Shown: one piece after another, positions 54,201-60,712 of the stretch
How positions within the stretch are numbered: the stretch's first letter is position 1
Layout of the letters: each line of letters starts with the position of its first letter
DNA from: a virus
Lineage: Duplodnaviria > Caudoviricetes
Virus record (IMG/VR): IMGVR_UViG_3300028275_000007
Strand: one strand, 5' to 3'
DNA: 64,000 nt
Translations under genes and position numbers: made by a program
The notes under the pieces: generated by a model
Told to the model about the DNA's origin: nothing
What the model saw: the letters and a program-made list of their open reading frames with translations, nothing else
Database searches by the model: none

Positions 54201-56070
54201 ATTTATTGCTGACGGTAATACAAATTTATTTTTAACAAATGCAGATTACGATAATACTTCTAATGTTTATGTAACATTAAACGGTAGATTATTTGATACA
54301 GGATTTAAAAATAGCACAGGGATAATTGATACAAACGGAAAAACTTTAGTTGAGTTTGGATTTAATCCCGAAGCCGGTGATACAATTAAGATTGTATGTT
54401 TATCAGCAACAACAGATATAGCACCTAGTGACTTATCTGTAATTAATATCAACACACAAACAGTTTATTTTGAAGGAAGTACACGAACATTTGATATAGA
54501 TGGATTTTTTGAATATTCTAGAGGAAGTTCGGGTAATGCTGTAATTGTTGAAGTTGACGGTCGAATCCTAAAAGGATCTGATACAATTTATAGAACATAC
54601 GACGGAACTAATAACGTTATTGTTCTAGGCCAGGATCCTTACGAAACTCCTGGAAGTATTTTGCCAAGCAACTTAAAAGTTTTTATTAATGATGTATTAG
54701 TAGAGTTCATTACTAATTATGTATTTGATGGTCCAACAAAAGAATTAACAATATATCCTGATTCTTTAAACATTGGTGATATTATTAAAGTTGAAAATGA
54801 CCTAAGACGAGAGTATACAATATCAGGAAATTCTGTTACGATATTAGACGATGTTTCGATGGTATCGGCAGACGAAACAGATAATGTTAAAATTGACATT
54901 ACTTGGTTCAATGAATATCCTACTCTTGATATTGTTTCGGATGAAAAGACAGGAGGAAGAGTTAATATTCAATTATCTAGAATTCCTATTTCGTCTAGCT
55001 ATGTATGGGTATACAAAAACGGAAATAGACTAATGTTAGATAAAGATTATTATGTTTCTTTACCAAGAGGAGCAATTTATCTAAAAGAAGATACAACCTC
55101 TGAAGATAAAATAAAAACAATTAGTTTTTCAAAATCTATTTTTAAATTACCAAGTGCATATGAAATTCACAAAGATATGCTCAACGTATATCACTTTAAT
55201 AGATTCTCTTTAGATGACATTAAATTAGCATCTGATCTAAATTATTTTGATACTACAATTACTTTAAATGATGCATCGTCATTGGCTGATCCTGTTAGAA
55301 ATAGAAATATTCCTGGAGTTGTTTGGATTTCCGGTGAAAGAATAGAGTATATGACTAAAACAGAAAATGTTTTAGGACAATTAAGACGTGGTACACGAGG
55401 AACACCTATTGGAGAAAAATATTTAATTGATACTAAGGTAGCAGACGTTGGTTATAATGATATTATTCCTTACGAAGACACACAAGAAAGATATGATTTT
55501 TACAGTGATGGAAGTAGTTTATTAATAGGTCCTCTTGAATTTATTCCAACTAAATCTAATAAAAATAGATGGTACAATTCTAATTTTTACATAACTAAGG
55601 GCATCTATGATGAAAAAATTAAGTATGTAACCGGCAATGTTATACAGGTTGATGATAGTTTTTATACAAATATCAGACCTTGTATTAATATTAAACCTTT
55701 AGAATCTAACGATTGGGAAACTTACTGGGATTTAATTACAATTCCTACTAACTACGGACCTTGTGATACTATTGAAGTGTTTGCAGAGGGCCGAAGATTA
55801 GTAAAAGACCCGCAGGTTGTTTGGAGTGAAAATAACGGTATAGATGGATTTATTGTAACTGAAGCTGATTTTTCAGTTGACGGGTCATCAAACTATCTAC
55901 GCTTAACTAACCCGTTAAAAGCTGGAACACGTATAACTTTAATTAGAAGAACAGGAAAAACCTGGTACGATAGAAGCGAAACATCGGCAAGTTCGGGTGT
56001 TACTTTGTTGAATAACAACACTCCTGTAGCTAAATTCATAGCGCAGAAGACCACTTCTATACCTGAATAA
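42214..56070 (+). CDS. Giant baseplate wedge protein (gp7-like position, 4618 aa) with CBM-like and FG-GAP propeller repeats
   Basis: Single 13.9-kb ORF after gp6. It has six FG.S...S.DG..L.(V/I)G.P repeats, ~7 W/Y...Y..GD.V.Y repeats and several F.L...P....V.V..NG..L...DY Ig-like repeats. Confidence 0.75.
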   Translation: MADKFYPKSNLPIRRTVELLPSVFQTSSNDKFLSGVLDPLVQPGVLDKVVGYVGRRYEKTYTGTDVYVDTDNTLRSRYQLEPGVVYKNLNKIENFYDYLDFKNQLKFFGNIDERDDKITEQEHYTWNPPVDWDKFINYREYYWQPSGPPSLPIYGQTAKVTSTYKVVLGTTGNSFVFTPDSYTNNPTITLYRGQTYKFKVNAPGEGFSIRTNYDTGSLIFQPYHSYKAGSLAVYDGNLWKAKRDISPSDGSSISIDSQDWEFVDLASSTTALEYSNGVTNNGTQNGTLTFEVPYDAPDTLYYQGLITPDRFGKFLIADIESNSFININKDIIGKSQYTSSNGIELSSGMIVEFRGNVTPAEYSHNNWLVEGVGDAITLTRFDSLVVPVLTTDVPEVLFDNEGFDTQPFDDATAYPTYKDYTTIRRDSRDLNPWSRYNRWFHRSVLEKSYSLRGEDFPATESLRAKRPIIEFKPNLQLYNFGSVAKQTVDYLDTNTTDIFSIIEGSSGYNIDGEFLFEGARVLFVADTDSLANNKIYEVQFITHNNLRQIHLKEALDSESAVGSCLLIRRGNKNSGKMFHFTGTAWKESQQKITVNQSPMFDGFDNNGISFSNEDTYPTNTFVGTEILSYKVGSSVVDKELGFSISYLNINNIGDIQFNWSWDSAKFEYVIDRVTYSKDLATGFYKFNNINGDDYQNGWLLADTKYFQPIIDSQIVKESTNILTFNTVRWENLKEDNEINFYVNGTKYLGDWTRTLGTFTFSTTFEINDAVSLKLISDIEPDQGYYEIPVGLEKNPFNDNLITFTLGQAIDHLTTALEFNIDITGIVPGNSNLRDISNFQKFGKRFLKHSGLTPVVLMSLCDKTHNIVKSIQYSKQSYTEFKNNFLSRALEIDYNDNIPDFVDEIINSLTKTKNSTNQFSESDMIGSGAFTSIVYEVDDPGIKTFSLSTKFDLSTPSSRAVYVYFNGNQLLNSQDYTFNSTFGFVQLSVNLTEGDVIEIREYVSTSSNYIPATPTSMGLYKKYTPMKFVDDTYVEPREVIQGHDGSISATYGDFRDDLLLELEYRIYNNIKQEYNEDIFNIDDIVGGYYGVGLYKKSQLDIIVSQEFLKWIQNTNINYTLNSYFDSQNSFTYTYTNMTDPTRSENLPGYWRGVYQYFYDTDRPHRCPWEMLGFSEKPTWWESEYGPAPYTRGNLILWEDLANGIIRQGTRKGRYARYTRDTLLSHIPVDDEGRLLSPLDSGLARDFSLINNQGSFVLGDIAPVEYAWRSSSEWPFAVVIAMALMRPFEFISNNFNKDGVSLNNLGQTIYSSTGKFITKENYGQSTDNIVGLGKYIIDYVKSKGIDETTLWDKINNIDVQISHRMSGFVDQQQQKFLLDSKSPAASSSSVYVPPENYDIIFNVSSPIASLSYSGVIIEKNSSGWVLKGYDDIQPYFNYFQALPNQRDPIISVGGTSENFLDWQANKLYSNGILVRYANEFYRALKSHTSGDVFDIDLWKKVAGIPKTGAVEASGRRTFNTLVVKRLSYGTQFTTIQQVVDFLLGYEAYLKSVGFIFDNYDPENKVSQDWLSAAKEFMFWTKHSWQVGSLISLSPAAQKVNITVPVGVADSVLEGFYNYQVLKGDGKPLQPKYIDVSRNFQNITVTTTNTTDGIYYLKLFYVLKEHVTIFDDKTVFNDTIYDKTTGYRQGRIKVHGYRTTDWDGDYTSPGFLFDNVNIQPWVPYTDYKLGDIVSYKSYNWTSLINQPGSQTFNDAYWSKLDTTPEKQLVPNFDYKIKGFSDYFEVTSDGLDKSHRDLARHTIGYQTRNYLQNLSEDPVTQFQIYQGFVREKGTANSITKIFGKLSRSETDSISLNEEWAFLVGKVGGVDQLTEVEIQIEKNKLEVNPQQFLIETTKSALTTDQKYRITSSDFTIVPTPFNVNISPTADLSCPYTAGYITSTTIDHSIKTREDLLTLDINSIKENDHIWVTFEKDSWTVLRVNESATLEITDVTRPSDTTVVITFNRPHSIQIDEYVGFRNILNLVGFYKVSNKTTATITVNVSSTIQDPVIDYSTITRVQLITECRFADYQSIDNQQAALLKNKSRLFVDSNDTGNWEVVEKNKQYSPKTISDYGVTNPLFAGSSVLYDNINKQIISSIPGSGIVVVYVETDTGLQIKQILSPPVNTYSNAVGSFGKSMALSPDGRFLIIGTPEASGLKTNYQGPWESQVRYQTNDIVLYSGQIWRAKNPNYLGTDGSTVAAVNTDDWEIATNIPVLTSGRVSGFYNQGMIAIYEFSNGRYTNAKAFVSPRPVENEKFGSNVTVSYDGTNYYMAVSAVGSVNSSGRVYLFKNTGTDWEHLENSHYKGIYNPSTIYREGDIVWQPAQDPIVEEVKGNLWQALETQQGDGSTLTLESSGWIKVSDVSTSCSLPTNVSIEDDGSTVAAGIISVDQLTEIIKQDEQFGYSLTMSRDGSILVVGAPYADGQYFSNYKGLWRADVEYAEGEVVKYSDIYYRLGDASGNPDSTYRSQGEDPSSSANWQEVGDSAANPSGKVFVYKKTSYDLYQLIQTLTSANISSYSDVSMEINVGDQFGYSVDVDSSGTTLIISSPRSDINYQNQGSVYVLNFDSNISEFKVKQKLESYEMYPSEYFGYGVSISPDGYKIAIGSKNTYSHYPIIFDSMSGTLFDQGRTSFYVDQGYTGGVYIFDKKDNEFFLTEKLESVLVENESFGYSIDCVGSKVLVGSPYYRKDNTGDYIGNIRLFSKDSSVDSWTIISQQSPLVDIRKINSVELYDNIKNVKIQDIDFIDPAKGKILNLAEEEIKFKTPYDPAVYTVGTEDVVVDSSINWLEKNVGQLWWNVGNAKWMYSEIGDISYRQGNWTQLVTGASIDVYEWVETPLLPSEWAALADTNEGLAVGISGQPLYPNDDTYSTKQFYNSISGQVNKTLYYYWVKNKSTVPSNLNFRRKSCSEVASLISNPVGTGLPFIAFVDSDKFITYNFDSIIQSDTALLNIKYKNELGISIPVHKEYQLMTEGIASSLPTPKLENKWIDSLVGFDIIGNRVPDINIPAKQKYGIDFRPRQSMFVNKDAALKLVVNKINSVLLKQPFATIIDFTNLNLKDSAPAEILNLYDVQVDTEIDLQNVGTIRTKKAVLSANIVNGELDTIDIIDPGFGYKVVPNVVINGDGKGASAEVTLDNQGRIRTVTVLTRGKKYSTINASVRYFSVLVNSDSTINNFWSIYSWDDVRKTFFRTQSQAYDTTRYWSYIDWWKSGYNNKSRITKELLSIHDEVIYKISVGDLIRVKEYGSGGWAVFEKVSDTGSTFLDRFELISRENGTIKLSDSLYDASIFGIGFDRSQAYDDTNYDINTSLELRNILKAVKEDIFVGDFNIEWNNLFFASMRYVLSEQQYVDWMFKTSFVNATHNVGAFSQPTNYKNDNLSSYQEYINEVKPFRTTVREYVSQYTTPEKYDLSVADFDLEPTFSVKDGKVIPIKLDNDLLNVYPWKWWSDNNGYSITDIQVYDSGELYKTPPKVLIEGSGTGATAQAYISNGKVSGIVVLNAGQGYLSAPTVSLVGGNSAGARSAKAVAIIGNSLIRSLHVSVKFDRLTTSGLYTSFSQSERFVATGTTSVFNLSYAPSRDKNKISVYKNNQLLLNSDYTITLYYSTVPGFKSLQGKLNFAIAPSAGDIIVVNYDKNIELFDAVNRIEQKYNPKAGMIGKDLGQLMTGIDFGGVQIQGTTFDVTGGWDALPWFTDNWDSVEANSDYYHVCDGSTTYVTLPYVPANGQIINIYIKNSVTGEIIRIDDPNYTDAWDSSVAINPNAQMPSFVGDGNTSNIEIGTYISTSAGDILIFRPIESDGSVTITDDNLLDTKVSGGTLSAIDGAYVTANGATVEEIIINGGSFISPEQVPAPEENVPGQVLDSVSIKVYNNIINGSAPLHTKLIRSTGVDTSFNIGQPVLQNSSVIVYIDKIKQVINIDYTLDLINQKVNFASSPPADSLVEILSIGLGGLGIIDYQEFIADGNTNLFLTNADYDNTSNVYVTLNGRLFDTGFKNSTGIIDTNGKTLVEFGFNPEAGDTIKIVCLSATTDIAPSDLSVININTQTVYFEGSTRTFDIDGFFEYSRGSSGNAVIVEVDGRILKGSDTIYRTYDGTNNVIVLGQDPYETPGSILPSNLKVFINDVLVEFITNYVFDGPTKELTIYPDSLNIGDIIKVENDLRREYTISGNSVTILDDVSMVSADETDNVKIDITWFNEYPTLDIVSDEKTGGRVNIQLSRIPISSSYVWVYKNGNRLMLDKDYYVSLPRGAIYLKEDTTSEDKIKTISFSKSIFKLPSAYEIHKDMLNVYHFNRFSLDDIKLASDLNYFDTTITLNDASSLADPVRNRNIPGVVWISGERIEYMTKTENVLGQLRRGTRGTPIGEKYLIDTKVADVGYNDIIPYEDTQERYDFYSDGSSLLIGPLEFIPTKSNKNRWYNSNFYITKGIYDEKIKYVTGNVIQVDDSFYTNIRPCINIKPLESNDWETYWDLITIPTNYGPCDTIEVFAEGRRLVKDPQVVWSENNGIDGFIVTEADFSVDGSSNYLRLTNPLKAGTRITLIRRTGKTWYDRSETSASSGVTLLNNNTPVAKFIAQKTTSIPE

Positions 56071-56073
56071 ATA
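56066..56073 (+). promoter_or_regulatory. Late promoter (AATAAATA) overlapping the stop of the giant ORF
   Basis: Motif at 56066-56073, upstream of the 224-aa gene. Confidence 0.55.
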
Positions 56074-56074
56074 T

Positions 56075-56749
56075 ATGATGATGGAGTCAAACGAGAATAA
56101 AATGTCGCAAAATCAAGAAAAAACTACACAGCCGCAGGAAAAACGCCCAAACGAAACGGGCGGATTCCATTTTGAAGGGCATATTAAAATCTTCGATCCC
56201 GAGACCAAAGAGGTGTTTATTGATAAACGCAACGCTATCCATTACGAAAATATGTCAGTTGCAATGGTACAATCGTTGTCAAATCAAGGTCAAGGAACAG
56301 TATATCAAATGGTGTTTGGAACAGGCGGAACAACAGTAGATCCAACAGGGTTAATAACATATCTAACTCCAAATACAACTGGTATTAATTCTAGCTTATA
56401 TAACCAAACTTATTCAAAAATTGTTGATCAGAATTCGTCATCAAATACTGACCCGTTGAGAAATAAAATGGAAATTAGACATATCAGCGGAGCAACTTAT
56501 AGCGACATTTTAATTAGTTGTTTATTAGACTACGGCGAGCCTTTAGATCAAGAAGCATTTGATAACTCTGTTGATATGAATGGAGAATTTGTATTTGATG
56601 AACTGGGACTAATGAGCTACAACCCCAACGGAACAGGCAAATTGTTAACCCACGTAGTTTTCCACCCAGTTCAAAAATCGTTAAACAGATTATTACAAAT
56701 TGACTACACAATTCGTATACAAAGTTTAACTGGATTTACAGGAGCTTAA
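56075..56749 (+). CDS. Baseplate/fibre-attachment structural protein (224 aa; the real start may be the ATG at 56102)
   Basis: HFEGHIKIFDP...KRNAIHYENMS, SCLLDYGEP and FDELGL; lies between the wedge and fibre genes. Confidence 0.6.
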   Translation: MMMESNENKMSQNQEKTTQPQEKRPNETGGFHFEGHIKIFDPETKEVFIDKRNAIHYENMSVAMVQSLSNQGQGTVYQMVFGTGGTTVDPTGLITYLTPNTTGINSSLYNQTYSKIVDQNSSSNTDPLRNKMEIRHISGATYSDILISCLLDYGEPLDQEAFDNSVDMNGEFVFDELGLMSYNPNGTGKLLTHVVFHPVQKSLNRLLQIDYTIRIQSLTGFTGA

Positions 56750-56752
56750 TAA

Positions 56753-58864
56753 ATGCCATATATTGTTAATTTTACAGATAGTGCAAATAAGACTCCTATA
56801 ACAGTATTTGATAATACATCAAACACTGATACTAGTTTAACATTTCCAGGTAGAAACGTTACTGGGTACGGTCAGATTGTAGCCGAAAACTTTTTAGCAT
56901 TATTAGAGAATTTTGCTTCAACAGACGAACCAATGAATCCTACAGAAGGACAACTTTGGTATAAGAGCGATGACGGAATTCTAATGATGTGGGACAACAC
57001 AAGTTGGAAAGCAGCATCGGGAATTCAAAAGGGAACAACAGAACCAGCAGTTGCAGAAAGCAAGGTTGGTGAATTATGGGTAGATACAACTAATCAACAG
57101 CTTCGTATTTTTACAGGCACACGTTGGCTATTAGTTGGTCCTGCAGAAAGTTCTGTAGACGGTTTAAGATACGGACCAGTAGTTGAAAGTATTTCCGATT
57201 CGGATAACATCACTCGATATATTTTAACATTTTATATTGCAGATATTCCTGTAATTATTTTTTCTAAAGACAGTTTTACCCCAAAAGTTTTAATTACCGG
57301 ATTTGATATTATTCGATCAGGTATGAATATTTCATTGCCAACAACAGACTCTGCAATAAATGAGTTTGTTGGAGGGTACCTTCCTACTTTATATGGAACA
57401 GCTAAAAATGCAAATGCCTTAAACATTGGCGGCGTTGAAGTTGCTGCCGGAAAATTTTTAAGATCTAATACAGTTAATACTACTGACTATGCGTTTAATA
57501 TTAGAAATAATAACGGCTTAACCGTAGGTATTGACGGAACATTTAATATCGGAACTACTGCTACCACCGCTAAGATTTATAATTCGGCAGCAGGCAGTTC
57601 GATTGATATACAGACAAACAGAAATGGTATTCCTTCTACTATTCTTAAAGTAGTTGATAATACAGTTGGTATTAATCAAGCCAGTCCTACTGAAGCATTA
57701 GATGTTGACGGAAACATTAAACTTACTGGTTCTGTTATTGTAACAGATATTACAGCAAGTACAAATTTAAATAACGGAAGCATCAGGACCGCCGGCGGTG
57801 TAGCAATTTCTAAAAATCTTTTAGTTGGCGAGGGTGCTAGTATTGCTGGAGTATTAGAATCTAATACAATACAACCAAAAACAACTGATACCTTTAATCT
57901 AGGAACCGGATTAAAGAGATGGAATACAGTACAGGCTAAAACAATTATTGCAGATACCATTCAAGGCGTCCTTGATGGAAATATTAGTGGTAATTCTAAC
58001 ACAGCGACATCATTAAAAAATGTTACAACATTTCAGTTATCCGGAGACGTTGTTAGTCCTGCAATTCAGTTCGACGGGCAAACAGGAAGTTACACTAAGA
58101 TTTTTAACACAACTCTTACTGCAAACATTATTTCTAGTAAGTCCGAACCATTTCCTAAAGTATCTAAAAAGACAGATTATGTATTAACATATAGAGCAAG
58201 CGAATCTACAACTATATCGTCTGGTTTATTAAAACAAACAAGAGACACATTTGTTGGAGATATGGGTATTCCAATCGGTGGCATCATTCCATATGCAGGC
58301 GCAACAGCACCTTATGGTTTTTTATTTTGTGATGGATCAGAAGTTGAAAGATCAAAATTTCCAGATCTATACGATGTAATTGGAACAACATATAATGGTA
58401 CAGGTTCGTTAACTGGAGTCAACACATTTAGAATTCCGGACCTAAGAGGAAGATTCCCGTTAGGTAAAGATAATATGGACAACGGAGGCACAGTTCCAAT
58501 ATCAACAGGTGGATATGTTGATGCAGGTGGCGGCACAGCAGGCAGAGTAACTGACACTAAGGCCCAGACTCTAGCAGGTACAGCCGGTCAAAGTTCTGTG
58601 ACATTGACATTATCAAATTTACCAGAACACTCTCACTCTTTAAGTTCGTCAAGACAAGATTATAATGTTATTGCAGTCACAACTACCATTGATCCGGATG
58701 CAGTTACTGGACCAGGTCCAACCGCTCCAGGTCAGGCACAATATTTAAAAGACTCCGGAGGAATTAAAAAACCAACTGGAACAACATTAGGTACGGCTGT
58801 TGGTATTATGAATCCCTACTTGACTATTAATTATATTATTAGATCAGGTCCACCGTTATTCTAA
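56753..58864 (+). CDS. Tail fibre with phage tail collar domain (703 aa)
   Basis: PIGGIIPYAGATAPYGFLFCDGSEVERSKFPDLYDVIG...FRIPDLRGRFPLG is the tail collar domain; ends in MNPYLTINYIIR. Confidence 0.8.
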   Translation: MPYIVNFTDSANKTPITVFDNTSNTDTSLTFPGRNVTGYGQIVAENFLALLENFASTDEPMNPTEGQLWYKSDDGILMMWDNTSWKAASGIQKGTTEPAVAESKVGELWVDTTNQQLRIFTGTRWLLVGPAESSVDGLRYGPVVESISDSDNITRYILTFYIADIPVIIFSKDSFTPKVLITGFDIIRSGMNISLPTTDSAINEFVGGYLPTLYGTAKNANALNIGGVEVAAGKFLRSNTVNTTDYAFNIRNNNGLTVGIDGTFNIGTTATTAKIYNSAAGSSIDIQTNRNGIPSTILKVVDNTVGINQASPTEALDVDGNIKLTGSVIVTDITASTNLNNGSIRTAGGVAISKNLLVGEGASIAGVLESNTIQPKTTDTFNLGTGLKRWNTVQAKTIIADTIQGVLDGNISGNSNTATSLKNVTTFQLSGDVVSPAIQFDGQTGSYTKIFNTTLTANIISSKSEPFPKVSKKTDYVLTYRASESTTISSGLLKQTRDTFVGDMGIPIGGIIPYAGATAPYGFLFCDGSEVERSKFPDLYDVIGTTYNGTGSLTGVNTFRIPDLRGRFPLGKDNMDNGGTVPISTGGYVDAGGGTAGRVTDTKAQTLAGTAGQSSVTLTLSNLPEHSHSLSSSRQDYNVIAVTTTIDPDAVTGPGPTAPGQAQYLKDSGGIKKPTGTTLGTAVGIMNPYLTINYIIRSGPPLF

Positions 58865-58879
58865 TTAGGTTAAAAAAAT

Positions 58880-60694
58880 ATGGCATATCAAATTAATAAA
58901 ACAGACGGTACAATCGTAGCAACAGTAGCAGACGGTCAAATTGATGAATTATCAACTGACATAACTCTTATTGGAAAAAATTACAGCGGGTTTGGCGAAG
59001 CATTAAATGAAAACCTAATTAAAATATTAGAAAATTTTTCAAGTACTACTGCTCCAGAGCATCCTATTAAAGGCCAAGTATGGTACGATTCTTCTGAAAA
59101 TAAATTAAAAGTTTACAACGGATCGACATTTGTACCGGTAAGTTCTGCAACTATTTCAAATACACAACCAGATACACTAGCTAGCGGAGATTTATGGTTT
59201 GATAACATTGGCGGCCAATTATATTTTTATGACGGTACAAATCCTATTTTATTAGGCCCAGCATATTCAGCTTCACAAGGATTAAGCGGTTTAAAAGTTG
59301 ATAGTATTCTCGATACTCTTAACCAAACTCGAGTTATTACATACTTGTATAATAACGGAATTTTATTAGGAATTTTTTCTAAAGACAGTTTTACACCTAA
59401 AGCAGAGATTATTGGATATTCTGGTAGTATCGAACCAGGATTTAATGCAGGAACATTAGACGGATTAAAATTTAATGTAACTGTAACAAATTCAGAACAA
59501 CTTGGCGGAGCAGTAGCAACGACCTATGTTCGTAGAGATACATCAAATGCGATTAATGGACAACTACGAATTACCACAGACCAGGGTATAGTTATTGGAT
59601 CAGCCGGTCAATCTAACTTGTATGTTACCAGCGGTGACATTTTTATGTCAAACGCTTCAACCGATAAGAATTTAATTCTTAACGTTCGAAAAGGCATTAA
59701 CCAAGAAAACGCAGTTGTTATAGGATCATCTCAACGAACAATCGATCTATATTATGGATATGAAGATAGCCAAGTTAGAGTAGGTGGCGATTTAACCATT
59801 GTTGGAAATTTAGAAGTTCAGGGAACAACCACAACACTTAATACCAATGATTTAGTTGTAGAAGACAAAAACATAATCATTGCGAGTGTCACTAATCCAA
59901 CAAATTCAACAGCCGACGGTGCTGGAATTACAATCAAAGGAACTACAGACAAAACAATTTCCTATTCTAACGCTGATAACTGGTTAGATGTGTCAGAAAC
60001 ACTTAACTTAGATTCTGGCAAGGCTCTTTATATTGGCGGCACCAAGGTTATTGATGGAAACAGTTTAGGCTCTAGTATTACTAGTATTCCGGGTGTTAGT
60101 TCTTTTGGTACACAAACAGTAATTAACGTTGGTCCTGGAGCACCTCCGGTAGCTCAAATGAGATTAGAAAACCATAGAATATCTACGGTTTCTAGTAATT
60201 ATGACGTTGAAATATTCCCTGACGGTACTGGTAACGTTGTTTTAAATGATTCAGCTAGAATTACAAATCTTGTTGATCCTATTGATCCGCAAGATGCAGC
60301 CACAAAAGAATATGTAGATAATACAATTGAAACAAGGCCGTTAGTTTTCAGTATGGATTTATCTGATGCTAAATCAAACACCTATATTATTATTAATATA
60401 TTAAATAATCTTGCTCCGCCGGCGGAATTTAGGTCTGGTACAGTGGCAAGAATATTATGTACAATTAATACTAATAACGCAGTTACATTGGATATCAATT
60501 CACTTCCTCCTACAGTTAATACTAACCCCTTCTTAACAGATTTAGGAGGCGCCACAGGCCAAGCTGTTACAGGAATAACTTTTCCAACTGCTTCGATAAC
60601 TGCCCAACCAATTGTAACAACTAGAATTATTAAAGAGTTTGTTTTAAACATTGGTGCTTGGATTTGGCAATCAGATACGTTATTACCACCATAA
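58880..60694 (+). CDS. Tail fibre/baseplate arm protein (604 aa)
   Basis: Shared N-terminal module LIGKNYSGFGEALNENLIKILENFS...PIKGQVWYD. Confidence 0.7.
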   Translation: MAYQINKTDGTIVATVADGQIDELSTDITLIGKNYSGFGEALNENLIKILENFSSTTAPEHPIKGQVWYDSSENKLKVYNGSTFVPVSSATISNTQPDTLASGDLWFDNIGGQLYFYDGTNPILLGPAYSASQGLSGLKVDSILDTLNQTRVITYLYNNGILLGIFSKDSFTPKAEIIGYSGSIEPGFNAGTLDGLKFNVTVTNSEQLGGAVATTYVRRDTSNAINGQLRITTDQGIVIGSAGQSNLYVTSGDIFMSNASTDKNLILNVRKGINQENAVVIGSSQRTIDLYYGYEDSQVRVGGDLTIVGNLEVQGTTTTLNTNDLVVEDKNIIIASVTNPTNSTADGAGITIKGTTDKTISYSNADNWLDVSETLNLDSGKALYIGGTKVIDGNSLGSSITSIPGVSSFGTQTVINVGPGAPPVAQMRLENHRISTVSSNYDVEIFPDGTGNVVLNDSARITNLVDPIDPQDAATKEYVDNTIETRPLVFSMDLSDAKSNTYIIINILNNLAPPAEFRSGTVARILCTINTNNAVTLDINSLPPTVNTNPFLTDLGGATGQAVTGITFPTASITAQPIVTTRIIKEFVLNIGAWIWQSDTLLPP

Positions 60695-60712
60695 TCAATC
60701 GGAGCGATATAA

